From the sequence record DRR723986_5248: a stretch of DNA of 55,355 bases; one strand, written 5' to 3'. Shown in pieces: positions 1-9,496 of the stretch. Below the pieces are notes generated by a model. It saw only the letters and a list, made by a program, of their open reading frames with translations, searched no databases and was not told the DNA's origin. The translations under genes were made by a program, and so were the position numbers. Positions within the stretch are counted from its first letter, which is position 1. Each line of letters begins with the position of its first letter.

Positions 1-50
1 AAGGTGACTGGCATCTTTGCGGATAATCATTGTAAGTATTGAAAATACAT

Positions 51-566
51 TCAGAAATGAATTCGCATCAAAAAATCTGTTTGAATCTCATCACCAAATG
101 GGAATGGATGTGAGCTAAAAATACTCAGGCCATTTTTTTCGTAAAACTTGATCGCTCGAACATTCTTTTCCCAGACGCCTAGCCACAGGTACTTTTTCTT
201 ATTCAGCTTCGCGAAATTAATGGTGTGATTCAGCAGCACCTTCCCTAATCCTTGACCGATATAACGTTGAAGAAGATACAATCTAGCCACTTCCAGACTA
301 GAATTATCCTGAAGATCTGTCTGAGCGGGAACAAAATTAACCTTGGCGTAGCCAGCCAACTCCCCGTCTACTTCCAGAAGAAAAAACACAGAAGCTGGAT
401 TCTCCATTTCTTCCGAGAATTGTTCTTCGGTAAATGCCTCTTCTAAGTAGGCGTTGACATTTTCAATTTTATTTCCTTCTGTGAAAGCTTCGACAAATGA
501 AATTCTCGCCATTTCCACCAAAGGATTCAGGTCAGCAAAATTGGCTTTTCTGATTAAATAGGGCAT
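51..566 (-). CDS. GNAT family N-acetyltransferase (PaiA-like)
   Basis: 171 aa; RLYL..YIGQGLGK acetyl-CoA motif, WLGVWEKNVRAIKFYEKNG C-terminal GNAT motif. Confidence 0.9.
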   Translation of the reverse strand: MPYLIRKANFADLNPLVEMARISFVEAFTEGNKIENVNAYLEEAFTEEQFSEEMENPASVFFLLEVDGELAGYAKVNFVPAQTDLQDNSSLEVARLYLLQRYIGQGLGKVLLNHTINFAKLNKKKYLWLGVWEKNVRAIKFYEKNGLSIFSSHPFPFGDEIQTDFLMRIHF

Positions 567-619
567 TCGATAATAGGATAATAGGAAACACTCCTTTATG
601 GAGCCTCACAATTTTCGCA

Positions 620-627
620 CAAAGCTA
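620..627 (-). promoter_or_regulatory. Bacteroidota -7 promoter element (TAGCTTTG) upstream of GNAT gene
   Basis: Matches TAnnTTTG consensus about 55 nt upstream of ATG. Confidence 0.5.
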
Positions 628-752
628 ATTTGATTTTTTTTCTAGGACCTGAAACTCTCGCTTTTCCTCGCAGAAAAAACCTGCAGGCCTTCCATATTAA
701 ATTGAAGGTAAAACTTTACCACCTTGATTTTCAATGAAAATCGGGCTACCAC

Positions 753-1679
753 CTACTTTAACATTTTTTTGATTTCCGCATCAATTTCTCTCCCTTTAGC
801 CTGGGCTTCTTCTAAAGGAATCCCAGCATTTATACCCGGTCTAAGATGCCCAGTGGCCGTAAGCCAAGCATCCCGAAGTAAAGCTTGTCTTTTTGAAACA
901 AGGGATAGAATTTCCTCTCCCATGGCATGTGAGGCGATAGCATCCTGGATGTCTACATAGTTTTTTACTTCAGACTCACCAATACTAATTAGAATCTCCT
1001 TTGCCATCAGCCAGTGACCGATTTCTCCTGGATGCACGCCATCTTTTGCGAGATAGAAGGCACTATCCAATTCACGCTGATCTTCTAAATACTTTCGCAT
1101 TGGCCAATGAATATCAATTACCTTCCAATCCTCAGTATATCTTTTAGAAATTAGCCATTCCGAATAATTGTCTAAAACATTGGCATAAGCCGCATCCTTT
1201 TTCGGATCATATACCGGCGGAGTCACGAAAATCGCCTCAGCACCAATTTCCCCAATCTTTGTATCCAGCCAATTGATCCCATCCTTATACTTTTGGTACC
1301 TCTCTTCGTCTAAAGGCAAATAAATCCCATCGTTCATGCCATAATTCACAAAAACCAAGTCGGGCTTCAACTGCTCCAATACCCGATCCAATCGCTCGTG
1401 AAGATCTGGTCTTGGAAAAGCGCCATTCGCATGGTTTTCCTCAGATAGTCCAGAAACCGTCTCAGATGGCAGCCCCACATTGATCCAATCTAATTCCCGA
1501 TCTGGATATTTTAAACGAAAATACGTCTCCACATAACTTATGTACTGTCCTGCATACGTGATGCTATTTCCCAAAAACACTATTCGCTGCGTATCTGCAG
1601 GGATTTCATAATTCGACTGTGAAAAGACAGAAACTTTTGGAAGAATAAATAGTAGGAAAACAAAGGCAAATCGCATCAT
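753..1679 (-). CDS. SGNH/GDSL family hydrolase, secreted
   Basis: Signal peptide; FLGNSIT block I, YGMND block III, DGVHP catalytic block V. Confidence 0.9.
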   Translation of the reverse strand: MMRFAFVFLLFILPKVSVFSQSNYEIPADTQRIVFLGNSITYAGQYISYVETYFRLKYPDRELDWINVGLPSETVSGLSEENHANGAFPRPDLHERLDRVLEQLKPDLVFVNYGMNDGIYLPLDEERYQKYKDGINWLDTKIGEIGAEAIFVTPPVYDPKKDAAYANVLDNYSEWLISKRYTEDWKVIDIHWPMRKYLEDQRELDSAFYLAKDGVHPGEIGHWLMAKEILISIGESEVKNYVDIQDAIASHAMGEEILSLVSKRQALLRDAWLTATGHLRPGINAGIPLEEAQAKGREIDAEIKKMLK

Positions 1680-1852
1680 AATCTGAGTTTTGGAATAAAA
1701 CGTGTATTAATTTTCAAGTTAAACAGATTCTAGCGCAGTCCAGCAAATCGCTCATTTAGGAAATCTTGATTTGTGCACCTCGCTGGAGCAAAGTATCTTC
1801 ACTTTCAATTGTCCTTTTTTCGGCATCTACCTTCTTAAATTTTAATAACAAA

Positions 1853-2722
1853 ATGGCTTCTGGAATATTTGCATTGCTTGATGATATCGCTACTCTGATG
1901 GATGATGTAGCAGTAATGAGTAAAGTGGCAGCGAAGAAAACCGCCGCAATTTTGGGCGATGATCTTGCTGTAAATGCAGAGAAAGCTTCTGGTTTCGTGT
2001 CGGATCGTGAAATCCCTGTGCTATGGGCGATTACCAAAGGTTCACTTCTCAATAAAGTTATCATTCTGCCTTTTGCTTTTTTACTCTCTGCCTTTGTACC
2101 AGCAGTCATTAACTATATTTTACTACTCGGGGGTCTTTATCTGGCATACGAAGGCGCTGAGAAAATCTACGAATACATCGTGCCTCACAAGCCGCACAAA
2201 GATGTAAGCCTTGACGAAACTCTTACCAAAGAGCAGATTTTAGCTAAAGAAAAAGAAAAGGTAAAGTCAGCTATCGTCACAGATTTTATTTTATCAATAG
2301 AGATCATAATTATTACGCTTGGCACTGTAATAGGCGAACCACTACTAGAGCAAATCCTAGTGGTATCCGCAATCTCTATGCTTGCTACTGTCGGCGTTTA
2401 TGGCATTGTCGCATTAATCGTTCGTATGGATGAATTTGGCTATAAACTGATTGCCATTAATGATCGTAATGACAGCTTTTCTGATAAAGTAGGACTAATC
2501 CTCGTCAACGCTTTGCCAAAAATCATCAAGGGAATGGGGATCGTTGGAACCATCGCACTGCTTTTGGTATCTGGTGGAATCTTCGTTCATAACCTTGATT
2601 TCATGCACCACATTTTACCCTCTATCCCGTCTATCATCACCGAATTCCTAGTAGGTTTGGTGGTAGGGTTCGTTGTGTGGGCGATTATTCATTTTGGAAA
2701 AAAACTTTTCATTAAGAAGTAG
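1853..2722 (+). CDS. DUF808 (YedI-like) inner membrane protein
   Basis: MASGIFALLDDIA, GDDLAVNAE, TDFILSIEI motifs; start moved to ATG 1853. Confidence 0.88.
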   Translation: MASGIFALLDDIATLMDDVAVMSKVAAKKTAAILGDDLAVNAEKASGFVSDREIPVLWAITKGSLLNKVIILPFAFLLSAFVPAVINYILLLGGLYLAYEGAEKIYEYIVPHKPHKDVSLDETLTKEQILAKEKEKVKSAIVTDFILSIEIIIITLGTVIGEPLLEQILVVSAISMLATVGVYGIVALIVRMDEFGYKLIAINDRNDSFSDKVGLILVNALPKIIKGMGIVGTIALLLVSGGIFVHNLDFMHHILPSIPSIITEFLVGLVVGFVVWAIIHFGKKLFIKK

Positions 2723-2803
2723 AATTTAGGCGCTGCGAACCCCTTTACTCATGATTCTAGGATGAAGTGATTATCTTAATCTTTCTCATCCAAAGAATCT
2801 ACT

Positions 2804-4357
2804 ATGAAGCCAATCCATTTGATTACTCTTTTAGCATTTGCATGCCTTTCATTTTCCGCAAATGCACAGGAGAAAAGACCTGAAGGAGTACCCCATACAT
2901 TCTCTGAAGACTATCAAAAGTCAGTTTTCAAAAAAGATCATAGAGCTGAAAAGATCAAGGAAATCCTACCTGAACTAGAAGCGCTCATGACAAAATACGC
3001 CAAGGAAAACCACATTCCAGGAATTTCTTATGGCATTGTGGTGGACGACAAACTGGTCATAGCATCTTCTACAGGTTTACTAGATGTGGAGAAAAACACC
3101 TCAGCATCCACCAATTCAGCTTTCAGGATTGCTTCAATGACCAAAAGCTTTACTGCGATGGCCATCCTAAAACTTCGGGATGAAGGCAAACTGTCTTTAT
3201 CTGATCCAGCGGAGAAATATGTTCCTGAATTAGCCAATCTCAAGTACTTGACCCAGGATGCAGCGTTAATTGATATCGAAAATCTATTGACCATGACTGC
3301 TGGGTTCCCAGAAGACAATCCTTGGGGAGACCGCCAGTTAGATGAGCCAGACCAAATGCTTTTAGATCTGATTAGCCAAGGCATTTCATTGTCCAATTCG
3401 CCCTCTTATCAATACGAATACAGCAATACCGGCTACGCGATCTTAGGACACATCGTTTCGAAAGTTTCCGGGCAACCCTATCAGGAATACATCTCCAATA
3501 ATATTTTGCTACCGTTGGGAATGACGAATACTTACTGGGAAATTGATGAAGTTCCTGATGAAAAATTAGCAGTTGGATATCGTTGGGAAGATGAACAATG
3601 GAAACTGGAGCCAATGCTTCATGACGGAGCTTTCGGAGCGATGGGTGGATTGATTACATCGATTGAGGATTTTAGCAAATATGTAAGTTTTCATCTATCT
3701 GCTTGGCCACCCAAAAATGGCCCAGAAGAAGGTCCGATCAAACGAAGTTCGCTACGTGAAATGCATACACCACAATTCCCGCGGCTAAACTCCAACGGGG
3801 ATTGCGCTATCATGAGCGGCTATGGTTTTGGATTGGGTATTTATCAAAACTGCAACGGTACCAAGTGGGTGTCTCACGGAGGCGCTTTGCCTGGTTTCGG
3901 AAGTAACTTTAGGTTTTTTCCTGAGTTCGGAATCGGGATCATGGCATTTTGCAACTTGACATATACAACCCCCTGGCCACTTGCAGAGATTGAGAAATTG
4001 CTTTATGAGAAAGGTGTAATGACCCCGAGGCAGTTACCAGTTTCAAATATTTTAGAAAAGCGAAAGGGTCAAATCGTGCTTTTAATTCAGACAGGCAGCC
4101 AAGAAATAGAAGAGTCGATTTTAGCTGAAAATTTCTTTTTGGATCAATCAAAAGAAAGTCGCTATACTCAATACAAAGCTATTTTAGCACAAGCTGGAAA
4201 AATCACAAATATCAACGACCTGATTCCTCAAAACCAACTTAGAGGTAGTTTCACGATGGAAGGAGAAAATGGAAATATTTCGATTTTCTTCACCCTAACT
4301 CCCGAGAAAGACCCTAAAGTCCAGCAATTGGACATAAGTTTCAAGCCGAAGCAATAA
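2804..4357 (+). CDS. Serine hydrolase, beta-lactamase/class C PBP-like family
   Basis: Signal peptide; FRIASMTK (SxxK), YEYSN (YxN), HGG motifs. Confidence 0.9.
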   Translation: MKPIHLITLLAFACLSFSANAQEKRPEGVPHTFSEDYQKSVFKKDHRAEKIKEILPELEALMTKYAKENHIPGISYGIVVDDKLVIASSTGLLDVEKNTSASTNSAFRIASMTKSFTAMAILKLRDEGKLSLSDPAEKYVPELANLKYLTQDAALIDIENLLTMTAGFPEDNPWGDRQLDEPDQMLLDLISQGISLSNSPSYQYEYSNTGYAILGHIVSKVSGQPYQEYISNNILLPLGMTNTYWEIDEVPDEKLAVGYRWEDEQWKLEPMLHDGAFGAMGGLITSIEDFSKYVSFHLSAWPPKNGPEEGPIKRSSLREMHTPQFPRLNSNGDCAIMSGYGFGLGIYQNCNGTKWVSHGGALPGFGSNFRFFPEFGIGIMAFCNLTYTTPWPLAEIEKLLYEKGVMTPRQLPVSNILEKRKGQIVLLIQTGSQEIEESILAENFFLDQSKESRYTQYKAILAQAGKITNINDLIPQNQLRGSFTMEGENGNISIFFTLTPEKDPKVQQLDISFKPKQ

Positions 4358-4400
4358 ACCTAAGAACCTGAAAATCAATAATCACCAAAAAATATTTTAC

Positions 4401-4412
4401 ATGTACATACAT
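4401..4412. promoter_or_regulatory. Candidate operator ATGTA-N2-TACAT upstream of nitroreductase
   Basis: Perfect short inverted repeat about 100 nt upstream of ATG; regulator unknown. Confidence 0.3.
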
Positions 4413-4509
4413 TTATCTTCTAAACACGGAACTTAAAGAACCTGTCAGTGTTTAGTAGTCATATCTTTTGATTCTACCATCAAAAGTTTGAAAACTGAAC
4501 CAACATATT

Positions 4510-5139
4510 ATGCAAGTTTTAGAAAATCTGAATTGGCGATATGCCACCAAATCAATGAACGGAACGCCTGTTCCACAAGAAAAAGTAGATTACATCCTAG
4601 ATGCTATTAGACTTTCAGCTTCTTCCTCAGGATTGCAGCCTTACGAGATTTTGGTGATCACTGATCAGGAAGTAAAGGAAAAAATCAAGCCTATTGCTTG
4701 GAACCAAAGTCAAATCACAGACGCATCACACGTTCTTGTATTTGCTGCCTGGGACAATTACACTCCTGAGCGTATCAACGGCGTATTCAAATACAACAAT
4801 GAGCAGAGAAATCTTCCAGACTCTGTCACGGATGATTACCGCAACATGCTTTTGACAAGCTATACTGCGAAAACTGCAGAAGAGAACTTCACTCACGCAG
4901 CGAAGCAAGCTTACATAGCACTTGGCACGGCACTAATCGCCGCAGCTGAGCAGGAAGTTGACTCCACTCCTATGGAAGGCTTTGACCCAGCGGCACTGGA
5001 TGAGATTTTGGATCTAAAATCCAAAGGACTCCGAAGTGTAGTGGTGCTGCCACTTGGCTATAGAAATGAAGAAGGCGACTGGCTAGTCAACATGAAAAAA
5101 GTACGTACGCCAAAAGAGAAATTTGTGACAGTTATCTAA
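4510..5139 (+). CDS. NAD(P)H-dependent nitroreductase (NfsB-like)
   Basis: WRYATK, SASSSGLQP, DSTPMEGFD, LPLGYR motifs. Confidence 0.92.
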   Translation: MQVLENLNWRYATKSMNGTPVPQEKVDYILDAIRLSASSSGLQPYEILVITDQEVKEKIKPIAWNQSQITDASHVLVFAAWDNYTPERINGVFKYNNEQRNLPDSVTDDYRNMLLTSYTAKTAEENFTHAAKQAYIALGTALIAAAEQEVDSTPMEGFDPAALDEILDLKSKGLRSVVVLPLGYRNEEGDWLVNMKKVRTPKEKFVTVI

Positions 5140-5161
5140 CTGAAGCTTTTTCCACACATAC

Positions 5162-5197
5162 AAAGCGGATTGGGTTAGCACTCAATCCGCTTTTTTT
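5162..5197 (+). terminator. Rho-independent terminator
   Basis: AAAGCGGATTG...CAATCCGC hairpin followed by T7 just after nitroreductase stop. Confidence 0.85.
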
Positions 5198-5337
5198 ATT
5201 TATAAAATCTTAACCTATATAATAAAGCCTAAAAATACACCTGACTATTAACCTGATAGAAAACCAAGGCCAATCTAAACCTTTTGGCGTTCATATTTCT
5301 TTAACTTTAACTTAGTGACTCTTAGAAATACTAGCCC

Positions 5338-7638
5338 ATGTCTCCTTCGATACGCAAGAATATCCAAACCCAAAGCTCCAAAGAATTTACTGGAATTGAC
5401 TTGAAGAAACCAGCTGTTTACGCTGCCGGATTTACTGGAGTAAAAGTAGCCCTTCAGCATACGTTCAAGGAAATGGGAGTGATAAAATCCTTCCAGACTC
5501 TTTCTCATATGAACCAGAAGGATGGGTTTGACTGTCCTGGTTGCGCATGGCCTGATCCTGAGCATCCATCCAAAGTGGCAGAATACTGTGAAAATGGAGC
5601 TAAGGCTCTGGCTGAAGAAGCTACTCACAAAGAGGTAGACAATGCATTTTTCTCAAACTATTCCGTACAGGAGATTTCGCGCTGGTCTGACTACAAAATC
5701 GGCAAAAGTGGTCGCTTGGTGGCTCCGATGATATTAAAGCCAAACTCAAATCACTACGAGGAATGTACCTGGGAAGAAGCTTTTAGAGTGATCTCAGAGC
5801 ATCTTCATGCGCTCGCCAGTCCTGACGAAGCCATCTTCTACACTTCTGGAAGATCGAGTAACGAAGCAGCATTTTTATACGGACTATTCGTCAGAGCTTT
5901 TGGCACGAACAACATGCCTGATTGCTCCAATATGTGCCACGAGTCCAGCGGAGTCGGACTTTCTGAAACGCTCGGAATAGGAAAAGGCTCGGTGAAACTC
6001 GAAGACTTTGATAAAGCCGAAGTGGTAATAGTCATGGGGCAAAATCCAGGAACGAATCATCCAAGAATGCTTTCTGCATTGGAAAAATGTAAGAGAAACG
6101 GGGGTAAAATCATTAGCATTAATCCACTTCAGGAGGCCGGACTCATACGATTCAGAAATCCGCAGGAAATCAGCGGAATGCTTTTGAATGGCCATGGATT
6201 GACTGATAGTTATCTTCAAGTGAAAATCAATCAGGATGTCGCGCTTTTAAAACTGATTGAGAAAAAACTGGTTGCTTTAGACAAGATTGACGGGAAGGTA
6301 TTTGATCATGAGTTTATTGAGAAGTATACCGAAGGCTACGAATCTCTTTTAGCACATCTGGACAGGCATTCAGAACAGGAATTACTAGAACTCTGCGGCG
6401 TTGACGAGAAATTGATAGACGAAGCAGTTGCTCTTTTAGCCAAGAAAAGCAAAATCATAATCTGCTGGGCGATGGGGTTGACTCAGCATAAAAATGGAGT
6501 GGAGAACATCAAAGAATGCGTCAATCTATTACTCCTTAAAGGAAGTATCGGTAAACCTGGCGCAGGAACATGTCCCGTTCGCGGGCATAGCAATGTCCAA
6601 GGCGACCGAAGTGTGGGTATCATGCACTACGTTTCAGAGGAACTGAATGCTGCGATCAAAAACACATTTGGATTTGAAGCTCCTGAGCATGCTGGAGTCG
6701 ATGTGGTCAAAGCCATTCCTGCCATGCATGAGGGGAAGGCTAAGGTTTTCGTCGCACTAGGAGGCAATTTCGTGTCTGCTGCGTCTGACACAGAGTACAC
6801 AGCCAAAGCACTTCAGAACTGCGACCTCACGGTGCAGATCAGCACCAAACTGAATCGGAGTCATTTGATCACCGGGAAAACAGCTTTGATTTTACCCACC
6901 CTTGGAAGATCTGACAAGGATCTCAAAGACGGGAAGCAACGGCATTTTACAGTGGAAAATAGTATGGGAATAGTCCACCAATCTAAGGGCTTCCTCGATC
7001 CAATCTCTGATGACCTCAAAAGTGAACCCGAAATAGTAGCAGGAATTGCCTCCACCTATTTCAAAGGAAATCATCCTGTAAAATGGAAGTTGCTTGGTTC
7101 GGATTATGAATTACTCCGTGAGAAACTTGGCGAGGTGATTTCCGGCTTCAAAGACATGAATTCAAAGTCTGAAGGGTCTGGATACTACTTGCCAAACAAT
7201 GTACGAGAGCTGGATTTCAGCAAACTCCCAAATCAAAGAGCACAGTTCAGCAACACCGAACTTCCAATTCATAACTTAAAGGAAAACGAATACCTGTTGA
7301 TGAGCATACGCTCACATGATCAATTCAATACGACTATTTATGGCTTGAACGACCGGTACAGAGGTATTCATAATGAGCGCAGGGTTCTTTTCATGAATGA
7401 ATCCGATATGCTTAGGGAGAACCTCAAGAAAATGGACGTGGTCAATATCCTAAGTAATTATGACGGACAAGAGCGTAAAGTTTTCCAATTTTTAGTCATC
7501 CCCTACCAGATCCCAAAAGGTAATTTGGCAGCCTATTTTCCAGAAACAAATCCGCTAATTCCCATTCATGAATACGCGGATAAGAGCAATACTCCTATTA
7601 GTAAGTCGGTGCGAGTAAGTGTGGAGAAGGCTGGGTGA
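5338..7638 (+). CDS. FdhF/YdeP family molybdopterin oxidoreductase
   Basis: GFDCPGCAWPD, YCENGAKA, DCSNMCHESSG, RGHSNVQGDR, RSHDQFNTTIYG. Confidence 0.93.
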   Translation: MSPSIRKNIQTQSSKEFTGIDLKKPAVYAAGFTGVKVALQHTFKEMGVIKSFQTLSHMNQKDGFDCPGCAWPDPEHPSKVAEYCENGAKALAEEATHKEVDNAFFSNYSVQEISRWSDYKIGKSGRLVAPMILKPNSNHYEECTWEEAFRVISEHLHALASPDEAIFYTSGRSSNEAAFLYGLFVRAFGTNNMPDCSNMCHESSGVGLSETLGIGKGSVKLEDFDKAEVVIVMGQNPGTNHPRMLSALEKCKRNGGKIISINPLQEAGLIRFRNPQEISGMLLNGHGLTDSYLQVKINQDVALLKLIEKKLVALDKIDGKVFDHEFIEKYTEGYESLLAHLDRHSEQELLELCGVDEKLIDEAVALLAKKSKIIICWAMGLTQHKNGVENIKECVNLLLLKGSIGKPGAGTCPVRGHSNVQGDRSVGIMHYVSEELNAAIKNTFGFEAPEHAGVDVVKAIPAMHEGKAKVFVALGGNFVSAASDTEYTAKALQNCDLTVQISTKLNRSHLITGKTALILPTLGRSDKDLKDGKQRHFTVENSMGIVHQSKGFLDPISDDLKSEPEIVAGIASTYFKGNHPVKWKLLGSDYELLREKLGEVISGFKDMNSKSEGSGYYLPNNVRELDFSKLPNQRAQFSNTELPIHNLKENEYLLMSIRSHDQFNTTIYGLNDRYRGIHNERRVLFMNESDMLRENLKKMDVVNILSNYDGQERKVFQFLVIPYQIPKGNLAAYFPETNPLIPIHEYADKSNTPISKSVRVSVEKAG

Positions 7639-7650
7639 ATTTTGTAAACA

Positions 7651-7710
7651 GTAAGTAGTCAGTAGTAAATTTTGTTCTACTACTTACAAAGTTTACGACT
7701 AACTACTTAC
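7651..7710. repeat. Imperfect 24-bp inverted repeat of AGT-rich low-complexity units
   Basis: GTAAGTAGTCAGTAGTAAATTTTG (7651-7674) vs CAAAGTTTACGACTAACTACTTAC (7687-7710), 21/24 Watson-Crick. Confidence 0.7.
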
Positions 7711-7868
7711 AAATCCCTCCGCTCCACATGCAATCCATTTCGTAAGAAAATCAGCATCCAAGCATCAGCACAGGTTAGTATTAAAAAAGATAATTGCTAT
7801 TTTAAGCCGATCTTAAAATGATTTTTAGGCAAAACCCAAATTATCCAAAATAACCTTAACCTATTCCC

Positions 7869-8081
7869 ATGCAATCCAAACAATGGAAAATCTTGGTGCT
7901 CGCTGTCATTGTACTGACGGTTTGTGCATTCCTCCTTTTATTTAAAGAAAACAAACTTCAGCCCACTCTAGCAGGCATACCCTTCGTGTTTTGGAGTGGA
8001 TTTCTTGTAACCGCCCTCGTGGTGTTTGCTACATTTCTGGGGTCGAAATTCTTTCCATTTGAAGACCCAAAGAAGCAATGA
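7869..8081 (+). CDS. Small 2-TM protein, probable accessory subunit of the downstream sodium:solute symporter
   Basis: 70 aa, two hydrophobic helices with PTLAGIPFVFW; ATGA overlap with SSS gene. Confidence 0.7.
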   Translation: MQSKQWKILVLAVIVLTVCAFLLLFKENKLQPTLAGIPFVFWSGFLVTALVVFATFLGSKFFPFEDPKKQ

Positions 8082-9496
8082 TCGGCTGGTTAATATTCTT
8101 CTTTACGCTGTTCCTAGCCATGCTGGGATACGCCTCTTACAGATCGTACAATAAAGAAAGGACCTCGGATGACTTCATCTTCGCAGGATCAAACATTGGC
8201 ACCATTCTCGGATTCCTGACGTTCTCGGCGGCACTATTCTCCGCATTTACCTTTATGGGAATGCCGGATTTCTTCCGAACACATGGCGTAGGAGCATGGA
8301 TTTTCTTGGCTTTATCAGATGCTTTGATGGTGTTTTTCCTGATTTGGTTTGGTTATGCGCTGCGCAAAAGAGCTACAATCAATGGGTATAAAGGAGTCGC
8401 GGGATTGATGAAATCCTGCTATGGCAACTCCTTTGCTGGCTATTTAGTCTTCGCCAGTGCCTTTCTCTTTTTGATTCCTTATGTAGCAATTCAAATCCGT
8501 GGAATTTCCATCTTTCTTGATGCCGCTTTCCCTGACATGTTTCCTTATTGGGCTTGGTCAGTATTGTTGGTGTTCATCATGTTGATCTACTCAGAAATCG
8601 GCGGCCTAAAAGCCATCGTATATAGCGATGCAATTCAGGGAGTGATCATGCTTACAGTGATTTGGATTATCGGAGTGACTTGCCTCAGCATGAGCGGCGG
8701 ACTGGAAGCCGGACTTGAAAAAGTATCCGCTACAAACCCAGATTTGCTTACACTTCCTGGACCGAAAGGTTTATTCACTTCACCATTCCTGATCGCTTCA
8801 GCCATTGCGATTGTTTTGATTCCAGTTTCACAACCTCAGTTCACCACGCGTTTGGTAGTGATGAAAAACCTGAAGTCAGTCCACAGAATGGCTTATGCCG
8901 TAGGAATTTTCGCGATGTTGGTAATTTTACCTACAGCATTTATTGGACTATATGGAGCGATCAAGTACCCTGAAGCGAGTACTGCAGATTTCCTGACAAA
9001 TGCATTGTTATTTGATCAAGCTGTCCCTGTTGCTGCATTAGCAGTGGTTGGCTTATTTGCGGCATGTCTTTCTACGACCAATGCTCAGATTTTTGCTTTG
9101 GGTACTGAACTTAGATCTCTACTTACTGGATCTGACAAAATCAATATGCGGATCACCAAGATCTCTATTATGGTCTTCTCGCTGATCGTATTGATCTTTT
9201 CCACTTATATGAGCGATGAGCTCGTTTTACTTGCGCGTGTGAGCTTCACTGGCACGTCTATGATCGCACCAGTAGTATTGGGAGCAGTGATTTTCTCTAA
9301 GCCTCCCAAATCTCTAATAGTACTTTCCACACTTGCTCTAGCAACTTTTATCGGTTCGCTTCTGGAAATTGTACCAGGAAAAATAGCCGGACAACCTATT
9401 GATTACTTGATGTACGGAATCTTATTTATTCTGACTACCATCATTATGATCACTCATTCTCAATCACAAAAGAAACAACATGCAACTCAATCCTAA
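8078..9496 (+). CDS. Sodium:solute symporter (SSS) family transporter
   Basis: About 13 TM; SAFTFMGMP, GGLKAIVYSDAIQG, AACLST motifs. Confidence 0.92.
   Translation: MIGWLIFFFTLFLAMLGYASYRSYNKERTSDDFIFAGSNIGTILGFLTFSAALFSAFTFMGMPDFFRTHGVGAWIFLALSDALMVFFLIWFGYALRKRATINGYKGVAGLMKSCYGNSFAGYLVFASAFLFLIPYVAIQIRGISIFLDAAFPDMFPYWAWSVLLVFIMLIYSEIGGLKAIVYSDAIQGVIMLTVIWIIGVTCLSMSGGLEAGLEKVSATNPDLLTLPGPKGLFTSPFLIASAIAIVLIPVSQPQFTTRLVVMKNLKSVHRMAYAVGIFAMLVILPTAFIGLYGAIKYPEASTADFLTNALLFDQAVPVAALAVVGLFAACLSTTNAQIFALGTELRSLLTGSDKINMRITKISIMVFSLIVLIFSTYMSDELVLLARVSFTGTSMIAPVVLGAVIFSKPPKSLIVLSTLALATFIGSLLEIVPGKIAGQPIDYLMYGILFILTTIIMITHSQSQKKQHATQS

Noticed and set aside
5338-7638. Selenocysteine recoding in the formate dehydrogenase-like gene
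   Set aside because: The ORF is uninterrupted and has Cys at the active-site position.
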